Origin: an uncultured virus (IMG/VR IMGVR_UViG_3300036399_001211)
Lineage: Duplodnaviria; Heunggongvirae; Uroviricota; Caudoviricetes
DNA: 20,000 nucleotides
Virus record (IMG/VR): IMGVR_UViG_3300036399_001211
Strand: one strand, 5' to 3'
Shown one piece after another: positions 1 through 7,885 of the stretch. The notes below the pieces were generated by a model that saw nothing but the letters and a program-made list of their open reading frames with translations, had not been told where the DNA came from and did not search any database. The position numbers and the translations under genes are program-made. Positions within the stretch are counted from its first letter, which is position 1. Each line of letters opens with the position of its first letter.

Positions 1-321
1 TCCATCACATTCATCCAATAAAATAACCTTTTTTTGGCCGTCGAATGATCTTGTTTGTGCAAATGTGATAACTTTATTTCTTATAGTATCAATACCGGAT
101 TCATCACTAGCATTAATATATAAATATTGGCATTTTAATACATCATTGATTAAAACTTTAGCTGTTGTAGTTTTTCCGGTTCCGGCTTTACCATAAAAAA
201 GCAAATGTGGTATATCATCTGAAATATTTTTCAGATGTTCTCTAGAATCTTCAGAAAGAACGATGTCTGATATTGTTTTTGGTCTATATTTTTCGCACCA
301 AAGGTCATTATAATGATTCAT
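1..321 (-). CDS. 44: Sliding-clamp loader AAA+ subunit (T4 gp44 / RFC small subunit-like), 5' part only, runs off window
   Basis: Manual translation (not in ORF track): MNHYNDLWCEKYRPKTISDIVL...IPHLLFYGKAGTGKTT...YINASDESGIDTIRNKVITFAQ...KKVILLDECDG. Shows the W.EKYRP motif, Walker A, NASD and Walker B. Confidence 0.93.
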   Translation of the reverse strand, partial: MNHYNDLWCEKYRPKTISDIVLSEDSREHLKNISDDIPHLLFYGKAGTGKTTTAKVLINDVLKCQYLYINASDESGIDTIRNKVITFAQTRSFDGQKKVILLDECDG

Positions 322-341
322 GACCCAACTATATCATATTT

Positions 342-506
342 TTAACCTTGTATCAAGTCTCTTCCTTGAAATTGTGCGGGTATTCTAGCTTGTTCGTTAG
401 TTTGTGTTCTGATTCCGCTATTTCTAGCTAACCAAGATAATAATTCTTGTAATTTTTCTGCTGGAATCTCGAAATTTCCGTATCCTGTTATTGAAATTGT
501 AACCAT
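342..506 (-). CDS. Small hypothetical protein, 54 aa
   Basis: Manual translation MVTISITGYGNFEIPAEKLQELLSWLARNSGIRTQTNEQARIPAQFQGRDLIQG*. Fills the gap exactly and has TAAATA 9 nt upstream of the ATG. Confidence 0.7.
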   Translation of the reverse strand: MVTISITGYGNFEIPAEKLQELLSWLARNSGIRTQTNEQARIPAQFQGRDLIQG

Positions 507-509
507 ATC

Positions 510-523
510 AGTAAATATTTACT
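510..523. promoter_or_regulatory. Palindromic bidirectional late-promoter-like element AGTAAATATTTACT
   Basis: Perfect 14-bp palindrome in the 20-bp divergent intergenic gap. TAAATA lies 9 nt before the ATG on each strand (527 +, 506 -). Confidence 0.65.
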
Positions 524-526
524 ACA

Positions 527-1030
527 ATGGATAATAATTCAATAGATGATTCTGATATTAATGATATTATATCCGAATTAAAAGATACTTCAAATAATAC
601 ATCAAAAGATATTATAGTTAATACTCCAAAAATAACAGACGATACCGTAGGTGATTATATATATCAAAAATCAGCAGAAATGTTAGAATTAACCATGAGT
701 GCGATTAAAGATATGCAGCAATTAATACAAACTGCTGCCGATCCTAAAGAAATTTCAGCATATGCTCAATTGATGAATACCGCATTTAAAGGAATTGAAA
801 ATTTAAATAAAATTAATATCCAGCAAAAGCAAGCTAAAAATAATATAGAGGTTAAAAGAATAGAAGCGGAAGCGGTAAAAGGAAAAAGTAATCCATTATT
901 GGGTTCTCCGACTGGGCAACAAACTAATAATATTTTTATAGGATCTAGAGATGAAGCTATGCAAATGTTAAAAAACAAACCTAAAAAAATAGAACTTATA
1001 GAAAACTCTGAAATCATAGAAGAGGAATGA
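527..1030 (+). CDS. 16: Terminase small subunit (T4 gp16-like)
   Basis: Helical core (DYIYQKSAEMLE...DPKEISAYAQLMNT...NLNKIN) and C-terminal TNNIFIGSRDEAMQMLK, resembling the NN.lFvGST.el..l motif of T4-like gp16; size 167 aa fits. Confidence 0.75.
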   Translation: MDNNSIDDSDINDIISELKDTSNNTSKDIIVNTPKITDDTVGDYIYQKSAEMLELTMSAIKDMQQLIQTAADPKEISAYAQLMNTAFKGIENLNKINIQQKQAKNNIEVKRIEAEAVKGKSNPLLGSPTGQQTNNIFIGSRDEAMQMLKNKPKKIELIENSEIIEEE

Positions 1031-2016
1031 AAACGGCTAAAATTATAGGTTGCGGATTATCGGGAATTACATCTGCTATATTATTAAAAGAAAAAGGATA
1101 TAAAGTAGAAATTTTTGATAAAAGAGATCATATAGGTGGTAATTGTTTCGATCAAAATATTAATGGAACGCTGGTACACAAATATGGACCTCATATGTTT
1201 CATACAAACGATGAAGATGTGTTTCGCTTCTTAAATAGATATACCGAATGGTTTGATTTTAAAAATAAACCTCTTGGTAATACGGAATTGGGGTTAATTT
1301 CTTTACCCTATAGCAAAAAAACTATAAATGAAATCGGTAGAGAGTTATCACAAGAAGAAATCATACAATATATATTTAAAGATTATTCGGAAAAACAATG
1401 GGGCGTACCTTTTGAGCAAATTCCTAAATCAATTACTAATAGAATACCTAAAACCAAAGATTGTGATGATCCTACATGGTATGAAGGGGAAAAATATCAA
1501 TGTTTGCCGAAAGAAGGTTACACAAAAATGATGGAAAACATGTTAAATGGGTTTTCTATCAATTTAGGATGTGAAAATAAAGATTGGGAAAGTTATAAAA
1601 CAGATTTAACCGTATATACAGGAAAAATTGACGAGTTTTTTGATTATTCTTTTGGAGAACTTCCTTATAGATCGTTGTTATTCAAACATAAGACTTCAAA
1701 TATGAAACTTCCGGTCAATATTATAAATCAAAATACAAAAAATGTTGAATATACTAGAACATACGATCATAGTTATTTTAACTTGAATCATAAAGGGTCT
1801 ACGATAATTACTGAAGAATATCCTAAACAATGCGGTAAAAATGATATACCGTTTTATCCGATGCCTTTTGGAGAAGGTCCAGATATTTATAATAAATATA
1901 AAGATTTGGCCGATGCATCAAAAGATACGCTGTTTATAGGACGTTTAGCAACATATACATATCTTGATATGTGGATGTCTGTAAAACAATCGATGATAAA
2001 ACTTAAAAATATATGA
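1027..2016 (+). CDS. glf: UDP-galactopyranose mutase
   Basis: FAD motif IIGCGLSGI, RDHIGGNC, HKYGPHMFHT, YSEKQWG, YTGKIDEFFDY..GELPYRSL, PFYP and GRLATYTYLDM. Confidence 0.93.
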   Translation: MKTAKIIGCGLSGITSAILLKEKGYKVEIFDKRDHIGGNCFDQNINGTLVHKYGPHMFHTNDEDVFRFLNRYTEWFDFKNKPLGNTELGLISLPYSKKTINEIGRELSQEEIIQYIFKDYSEKQWGVPFEQIPKSITNRIPKTKDCDDPTWYEGEKYQCLPKEGYTKMMENMLNGFSINLGCENKDWESYKTDLTVYTGKIDEFFDYSFGELPYRSLLFKHKTSNMKLPVNIINQNTKNVEYTRTYDHSYFNLNHKGSTIITEEYPKQCGKNDIPFYPMPFGEGPDIYNKYKDLADASKDTLFIGRLATYTYLDMWMSVKQSMIKLKNI

Positions 2017-3281
2017 ATAAACCAAAAATCTTTGTAGAACTTGCTTCTTATCGTGATCCTCAATTGCCTATTACAATTGATGATATGTTGGAAAAAGCCG
2101 ATAATCCTGATTTATTTAGTTTCGGTATTTGTTGGCAGTATGATGAAACCGAAGATATAACCAGATATGATGATAGACCTAATTTCAGAATCCGTAAACA
2201 TCATTATGATGAAAGCCAAGGATTAGGTTGGGCTAGAGCTATTACGAACGAGTTATATGATGGTGAGGAATTGGTTCTACAATTGGATAGTCATCATAGA
2301 TTCTTAAAAGGGTGGGATACTATGATGCTTGAAGATTTTTATCAGGCTAAAAAATTTAGTGACAAACCAGTTTTAACAACATATCTAACTCCATTCGAAC
2401 CACAGCAAGAAAAATATGAAGAATGTCCTTGCTTAATGAGTCAATATGAATTTAGTAGCGATAAACTTTTGATGAGTCGTCCATATCATATCATGGATTA
2501 TAAACAAAGAGATTGTGTTATTAAAGCTCGAACAATCAGCGGTCATTTTTTCTTGGCTGATGGGTCTTTTGTAACAGATGTTCCCTACGATCCTGATATT
2601 TATTTTGGAGGTTATACCGAAGAAACAACTTTAAGCGTTAGAGCTTTTACGAATGGTTATGATTTTTATAGCCCATATCGTCAATATATATGGCACGAAT
2701 ATACTAGAAATAATAGACCCAAACATTGGGAAGATCATGGTACAGAAACATCGGTAGGATATATAAAAACAAAAAAAACTAGCGGCGAAAGAGACATTTT
2801 AGCAAGAAATAAAACCCGTCAATTATTCGAACAAGAAGAACATAGCATAGACATGGGAAAATATGGTTTGGGTACAGTAAGATCTTTGCATGATTATGAG
2901 GTTTATGGTGGATTTGATTTTAAGAAATGCAGAATACAAGACTATACATTAAAGGTTAAAACTCCTCCTAATCCATCAGATTGGGAAGATCAATTTATTT
3001 CACACAAATATGTTATAGATTGCGAATGGGATTTGGAATTTTTCAAAAAACACAATTTTGAAGATCCTCAATTTATGACATTTGGATTTCAAAATAGTTC
3101 GGGTGCTGAAGTTTTTAGACATGATTTTACATTGGAAAACGGTAAAGAATACGTAACTCTAAAAAATAATAAATACAATGCTAGTTTTTATTCGATAGAC
3201 AAACCATCTAAAATTGTAATGTATTTGTTTGATAAGGATAAACAGTGGGGCGAAAGATACGAAAAAAATATTAATGTATGA
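2013..3281 (+). CDS. GT-A glycosyltransferase, Gnt1/GT60-like polypeptide N-acetylglucosaminyltransferase
   Basis: IFVELASYRDPQL, SQGLGWAR, LQLDSHHRFLKGWD, SGHFF, VPYDP.IYF..EE..LSVRAFTNGYDFYSP, WHEY and YGLGTVRSL.DYE match the Skp1-hydroxyproline GlcNAc-transferase family motifs. Extra C-terminal domain of about 100 aa. Confidence 0.85.
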   Translation: MNKPKIFVELASYRDPQLPITIDDMLEKADNPDLFSFGICWQYDETEDITRYDDRPNFRIRKHHYDESQGLGWARAITNELYDGEELVLQLDSHHRFLKGWDTMMLEDFYQAKKFSDKPVLTTYLTPFEPQQEKYEECPCLMSQYEFSSDKLLMSRPYHIMDYKQRDCVIKARTISGHFFLADGSFVTDVPYDPDIYFGGYTEETTLSVRAFTNGYDFYSPYRQYIWHEYTRNNRPKHWEDHGTETSVGYIKTKKTSGERDILARNKTRQLFEQEEHSIDMGKYGLGTVRSLHDYEVYGGFDFKKCRIQDYTLKVKTPPNPSDWEDQFISHKYVIDCEWDLEFFKKHNFEDPQFMTFGFQNSSGAEVFRHDFTLENGKEYVTLKNNKYNASFYSIDKPSKIVMYLFDKDKQWGERYEKNINV

Positions 3282-4453
3282 GAATAGCATTTATTTTAAT
3301 TGGTAATAGTAGAAGAAGTAACTATCTTAATGGTGAAACGTTAAGATATGGCGGTGGTGGAGGCTCTGGAACGGATACTAGTACTATATTAGTAGCCGAA
3401 TATCTAGCTTCTCAGGGACATGATGTGGTTGTTGTTACCGAAAAAATGGAACCTTTGCTTGAAGAGGCATATGCAAGAGAAGGAAAGTTTTTTCCTAAAG
3501 GTGATAAAATTAGAGGTGTGCAATATACAGACATAGATTTCAATTATATAGAAAACAAAGAATTTGATGTTCTTGTTAATAGTTTGTGGTTTCATGATTA
3601 CAATAAATTGCCTATAAAGGTTACTAAAAGTTTAATATATTGGTGTCATATGCAGTGGATTTATGGCATTGAGGAAAGTATCAATTATGCTAAAGAAAAT
3701 AATCTAAGTCTAGGGTTTGTAAATATATCGGAATGGGAAAAATCAATGAATAAAGAGTTAATAGAACATACTATTAACCGATATGATAGGACCAAACACA
3801 CTCTGATACCAAATCCTATATGCGACGATGTAATTAGAGAAGTTATTTCTCAAAATATAGAAAAAAAACCGCATAAATTTGTATTTCATGCGTCATGGGC
3901 AAGAGGTGGTAATGTTGCGGTTGAAGCAGTAGAACGTTTAGACTTTCCCGATAAAGAGTTTCATGCGTTTGATTATTTAATAACTATACATGATCACAAA
4001 TACCCGTTTTTTAGACGTCATGATGGTGTCGATAAATCAACTTTATTTAAACATATAGCCGAAAGCGAATATTTTCTATATCCTCTATACACGCCCTATC
4101 AAGATGTACACAAAGACACATTTTCTTGTGTTGTAGCCGAAGCAATAGCTCTTGGGGCGATACCTATAACATACCCATTAGGAGCTTTACCTGAAAATTT
4201 TGAAGGATATTGTCAGTGGATTAAATTTCCAGATGGAATTGATCCTGAAGTTTTACAAAAAGAAGCACTAACCAAAGATTTAGATGGAAAGTTTAAAAAT
4301 AACATCGATAATATAATAGATTCTATAAATTATTTGGAACAAAATCCAGAAATTAAAAATAATATAAGAAAAACAGGTCAAAGTCATATGTTAGATAATT
4401 TTAATGTTAATAGAGTCGGAAATATGTGGACTGATTTTATTAAAAATCTATAA
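3278..4453 (+). CDS. GT-B fold glycosyltransferase (GT4-like)
   Basis: N-terminal GGGGSGTDTS..VAEYLASQGHDVVV; C-terminal YFLYP...DTFSCVVAEAIALGAIPITYPLGALPE (E/D-x7-E-type motif). Confidence 0.85.
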   Translation: MRIAFILIGNSRRSNYLNGETLRYGGGGGSGTDTSTILVAEYLASQGHDVVVVTEKMEPLLEEAYAREGKFFPKGDKIRGVQYTDIDFNYIENKEFDVLVNSLWFHDYNKLPIKVTKSLIYWCHMQWIYGIEESINYAKENNLSLGFVNISEWEKSMNKELIEHTINRYDRTKHTLIPNPICDDVIREVISQNIEKKPHKFVFHASWARGGNVAVEAVERLDFPDKEFHAFDYLITIHDHKYPFFRRHDGVDKSTLFKHIAESEYFLYPLYTPYQDVHKDTFSCVVAEAIALGAIPITYPLGALPENFEGYCQWIKFPDGIDPEVLQKEALTKDLDGKFKNNIDNIIDSINYLEQNPEIKNNIRKTGQSHMLDNFNVNRVGNMWTDFIKNL

Positions 4454-4457
4454 TTTT

Positions 4458-5165
4458 ATGAATAATCAAGAAAACTTAACAAACTATTATAAAACTTTTA
4501 GTAAAGATGGTAACATCCCTACTGATCATATCACTTATTTACATCGTATAAAAAACGAATTAGGTATAAATCCAAAAGTAATATATGATATTGGTTCTGC
4601 TGTTTTACATTGGACCAAAAATGCAAAAGAAGTGTGGCCTAATTCTAAAATATACGCATTTGAGGCTGTTAGAGAGGTAGAAGATTTTTACAAGGATTAT
4701 CCAATAGATTATGCTTTAGAGGTTTTTACTGACGTTGATGATAGAGAAATAACTTTTTATGAAGATCCTATATGTTTAGGTGGAAATTCTTATTATAGAG
4801 AAAATAAACATTTTTCTCCTGTTGCCGAAAAATTATATAGTGACGAAAAAGGAAACAGAAGAATTGGTTATACTATCGATACTATCGTAAAAAGAAATAA
4901 TTTTCCTAGTCCAGATTTTGTAAAAATTGATGTACAGGGAGCAGAATTAGATGTTTTAAAGGGGATGACAGAAACTTTAAAGACTGTACAACATTTAATA
5001 ATAGAGTTACAACACGTTGAATACAATATAGGCGCTACCTTAGTAGATGAGTCAATTTCTTTTATAAAAAATTTAGGGTTTGAGCTTGTTCCTTACAAAG
5101 AAACCTTATATTTTTGTGGTAATGGTCCAGACTGTGATTATCATTTTAAAAGAAAAACTGCTTGA
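4458..5165 (+). CDS. FkbM-family SAM-dependent methyltransferase
   Basis: VIYDIGSA, IYAFEA, TIDTIV and PDFVKIDVQGAELDVLKG. Start placed at ATG 4458, just after the upstream stop, instead of the overlapping 4404. Confidence 0.88.
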   Translation: MNNQENLTNYYKTFSKDGNIPTDHITYLHRIKNELGINPKVIYDIGSAVLHWTKNAKEVWPNSKIYAFEAVREVEDFYKDYPIDYALEVFTDVDDREITFYEDPICLGGNSYYRENKHFSPVAEKLYSDEKGNRRIGYTIDTIVKRNNFPSPDFVKIDVQGAELDVLKGMTETLKTVQHLIIELQHVEYNIGATLVDESISFIKNLGFELVPYKETLYFCGNGPDCDYHFKRKTA

Positions 5166-5194
5166 AAATTTTAAGGTAGAAATTAATTAATATT

Positions 5195-5641
5195 ATGATT
5201 ATCGAAGAAAATGTACAAAGCGTAACAAAAATTGAACAATCTTATGAATTTTTATCTAAAATATTTTTAGAGTTGTTATCATTAAAACCAGAATTCAAAT
5301 CCAGATTCCAAGCAGTAGCCCCCGAAATTTATGCTGATATTGAATCTGCTTCTACTAATCCTAATTGTAGCTGTAGGAGTAAAGTAGAAAATTATGTTAA
5401 TACCAATAGAGAAAAATCTTCGGTATTTTTAAATGATTTTCTACGAGATAACAAATATAATATAATTTTAGAAGAAATTGAGAATAGATATAGGTTTGCT
5501 ATATATCATGGTAAGGTCGAAAGGGTTAAAATATCCGAATGGCAAGAATTTTCTGACGGTTTAGCACAAAAACGAGCCGCTTATAGAGCATTTTCGGTTT
5601 CTCCTATTGATAGCGAATACGTAAATGTATTTTTCCTATGA
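5195..5641 (+). CDS. Hypothetical protein with NPNCSC motif
   Basis: 148-aa ORF, co-oriented with the operon, ATGA-coupled to the next gene. Confidence 0.75.
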   Translation: MIIEENVQSVTKIEQSYEFLSKIFLELLSLKPEFKSRFQAVAPEIYADIESASTNPNCSCRSKVENYVNTNREKSSVFLNDFLRDNKYNIILEEIENRYRFAIYHGKVERVKISEWQEFSDGLAQKRAAYRAFSVSPIDSEYVNVFFL

Positions 5642-5931
5642 TTCTTTTTTATCTTTTAACCTATATTATATTAAGTTTGAGTGTTAGTTTTATGTGGAGC
5701 TTTTCGGATATATTTGCTCCGGTTAGAAATTTTATTGCCAGAATTCCATACATAAGAAAACCATTTTTATGTCCAGAATGTAGTAGTTTTTGGATGGGTA
5801 TACTAACAAGTTTATTTTATAATCCACTTTTTAATATATTGGGAAATTATTCTTATCCTTTTTGCGGATTATCAGTTCATTTATTTGCTTGTTTTTTATA
5901 CAAGATTTATTTTAAATTAAATAAAAATTAA
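5638..5931 (+). CDS. Small membrane protein with CxxC motif (DUF1360-like)
   Basis: Three hydrophobic segments; DIFAPVRN and FLCPECSSFWMG resemble the CPxCxSxW motif of DUF1360-type proteins. Confidence 0.6.
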   Translation: MILFYLLTYIILSLSVSFMWSFSDIFAPVRNFIARIPYIRKPFLCPECSSFWMGILTSLFYNPLFNILGNYSYPFCGLSVHLFACFLYKIYFKLNKN

Positions 5932-5949
5932 TTTGATTTAGCAAACATT

Positions 5950-6048
5950 CTATTCGCGGGTGGTTGGTAATGGGTGTAGGCGTTCCAGTTGGTGTAAAAG
6001 TAGCCGTTTAAGTGGGTGTAGATGTAGGAACTGGTGTAGGAGTAGCGG
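5950..6048 (-). pseudogene. Degenerate Pro/Thr-rich tail of the 6049-6288 gene
   Basis: Shifted frame reads TATPTPVPTSTPT*TATFTPTGTPTP, with an in-frame TAA at 6008-6010. Confidence 0.55.
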
Positions 6049-6288
6049 TTATATATAAGCTGTGCTAGGATCTTTAGCTATATCAACCTCCAAAAAATTA
6101 GTACAATTACCTATAGAGGTTATTTTTATTTTACTAGCATCATATTCAGATAAGGTTACTTCTATACCATTTAATAATTGATCTCTTGTAGCATAAATAG
6201 GATTAATAACACCAAAATCAGTTGACAATTTAAAATTTGGCCCTAACCCAATACTAAGTCCTCTATTTATTTTTAATCTTACTCTCAT
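6049..6288 (-). CDS. Small beta-rich putative virion-associated domain, apparently truncated before a Pro/Thr tail
   Basis: 79-aa ORF with TAAGTA 8 nt upstream of the ATG. The stop falls at the end of a TATATATA run and the PT-rich sequence continues in another frame. Confidence 0.65.
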   Translation of the reverse strand: MRVRLKINRGLSIGLGPNFKLSTDFGVINPIYATRDQLLNGIEVTLSEYDASKIKITSIGNCTNFLEVDIAKDPSTAYI

Positions 6289-6323
6289 TATTTAAGTACT
6301 TATAAAGAAAAACATTTAAAAAA

Positions 6324-7769
6324 TTAATAATGTTTCTCATATTTCAAACTTCCGCAATCCCATATTCGATCAACGTTATTTAATTGCATATTTTCCCATT
6401 CGGTTAAAGTGTTATCAAATGTTTTTAATAATTTTGGAAGTTCTGATTTTCGGTAAGCAAATCTATGTTTTCTTTGGTTTTTTATGATATACCAGTAATT
6501 TGGTTGAGTTGTTCCTATCAGATCAAACCCTAGAGTATTATAAAGATTTCCGTCTGACCATCTTTTATCGGCATATGATAATATAGTATTAGGTTTATAG
6601 GTTTTTTCAAAATAATTTAATATTTTTGATGCTCCACCTACAACCGAAAAATTAAAAATTGAACAAAATCTAGTTAATTCGTAACAATCTTTCTTTGATG
6701 TATTTCCCAGTGCTATTCTGTATGGATTAAATGTCATAACCGAAACTAATCTATTTTTATAATATAATCCTATAAAAATATTAGACCTATCATTTCCTTG
6801 TATATGATATTTTTTTAAAAATTTTGATTTTTGGTCAGTTGATATTTCTTTAACCTTACAATTTCGAGCATATATTTTTCTTGTATTTTTTTTAAACAAA
6901 TTTTTAAGGCGGGATTTTACTATTTTTTGTTTTTCTATCCACTCATCCTCAAATATTTGTATTAATCTATAACCAGATTCGTTAGTTTTTTTTCTTTTGG
7001 TAGTATGATAAAATTTATTTTTTTTACCTGATATTTCCGAGTGCCAATACAGTCCATCTATTTCTATCGCAATTTTATATTTTTCAGAAACAATATCTAA
7101 TTCAAACGGATCTATAATATTTCGATTTTGTTCTTTAATATCAATATCTAGAGTTTTTACATAGTCGCATATATCTTTTTCTAAAATGGATTGTCCTCCG
7201 GTATCTATTTTAGGAGTGCACGTAAAACATCTTAATGGATCATAAGCAATTCTTAGATTCGTTTCGGTAATATTCATGCATTTATTACAACGAAAGGGGT
7301 ATTTGAACAGTCTTCCTTTGTAATCATCATAATCGAATAATGGTTCCAGTGTTCCCATTTTTCCTTCTTCGTGCAAACGTTTTAAAATTGTTTTATAAAA
7401 TGTTTTTTGAGTTTTTTCTCTTACGAATTCTCTGGAAGTTTTAACTTTTTCAGATATTATTTTTTTTATTTCTGGTATTTTAGATGGATTATCAACTCCA
7501 TACTTTTCTATCCATTTTTCCTTTAATTCTTTTTTTATGTTTTCATTTTGTGCTGCGTGTTTTGTTCCAAATTTTTTTAAATTCGTCTCTTCTTTTTTAT
7601 TTTTTATTTCTTGAAGTTTAGATGGATTATCAACTCCATATTTTTTCAAGAACATTTGAGCTTTTTTTAACTTAACTTCGGGTGATCTATTAGAATGTCC
7701 TACTATATACGTATTTTTTATGTTTTTTAAGACTTCTCCGCATCCACATTTGCACAATTTTTGATCCAT
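6324..7769 (-). CDS. Free-standing homing endonuclease-like protein (T4 Hef-like; KYGV repeats, Zn ribbon, Vsr/PD-(D/E)xK nuclease, C-terminal Hef-type domain)
   Basis: N-terminal CKCGCG; KYGVDNPSK repeats; CNKC...CFTC; ELDI...KIAIEIDGLYWHS...GYRLIQIFEDEW; YARNC...HIQG...ELTRFCS...GGASK...SYADKRWSDG.LY..LGF...IWDCG. Confidence 0.75.
   Translation of the reverse strand: MDQKLCKCGCGEVLKNIKNTYIVGHSNRSPEVKLKKAQMFLKKYGVDNPSKLQEIKNKKEETNLKKFGTKHAAQNENIKKELKEKWIEKYGVDNPSKIPEIKKIISEKVKTSREFVREKTQKTFYKTILKRLHEEGKMGTLEPLFDYDDYKGRLFKYPFRCNKCMNITETNLRIAYDPLRCFTCTPKIDTGGQSILEKDICDYVKTLDIDIKEQNRNIIDPFELDIVSEKYKIAIEIDGLYWHSEISGKKNKFYHTTKRKKTNESGYRLIQIFEDEWIEKQKIVKSRLKNLFKKNTRKIYARNCKVKEISTDQKSKFLKKYHIQGNDRSNIFIGLYYKNRLVSVMTFNPYRIALGNTSKKDCYELTRFCSIFNFSVVGGASKILNYFEKTYKPNTILSYADKRWSDGNLYNTLGFDLIGTTQPNYWYIIKNQRKHRFAYRKSELPKLLKTFDNTLTEWENMQLNNVDRIWDCGSLKYEKHY
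7479..7640. repeat. 24-bp identical direct repeat (7479-7502, 7617-7640) encoding part of KYGVDNPSK
   Basis: tttagatggattatcaactccata occurs twice, 138 bp (46 codons) apart. Confidence 0.85.
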
Positions 7770-7821
7770 ATGTAAATATAATTACATATCTGTATCGTAA
7801 GTAAAGAAAAAAATATAAAAT

Positions 7822-7851
7822 AAAAAACCCGCCGTTACCAGCGGGTTTTTT
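7822..7851 (-). terminator. Intrinsic terminator downstream of the major capsid gene
   Basis: Minus strand CCCGCTG-GTAA-CGGCGGG-TTTTTT with a GNRA loop. A/T tracts on both sides, so possibly bidirectional. Confidence 0.9.
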
Positions 7852-7885
7852 AAATGTTTTGAACTGTTGTAAGTCTGTATATGTA

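Noticed and set aside
4404..4457. Longer N-terminus for the FkbM gene
   Set aside because: It overlaps the upstream glycosyltransferase by 50 nt; ATG 4458 directly after the upstream stop is more plausible.
1027..5165. Bacterial LPS/capsule locus or chimeric contig
   Set aside because: The cluster is coupled by overlap to a phage terminase gene, has similar AT content and lacks wzx, wzy or transport genes.
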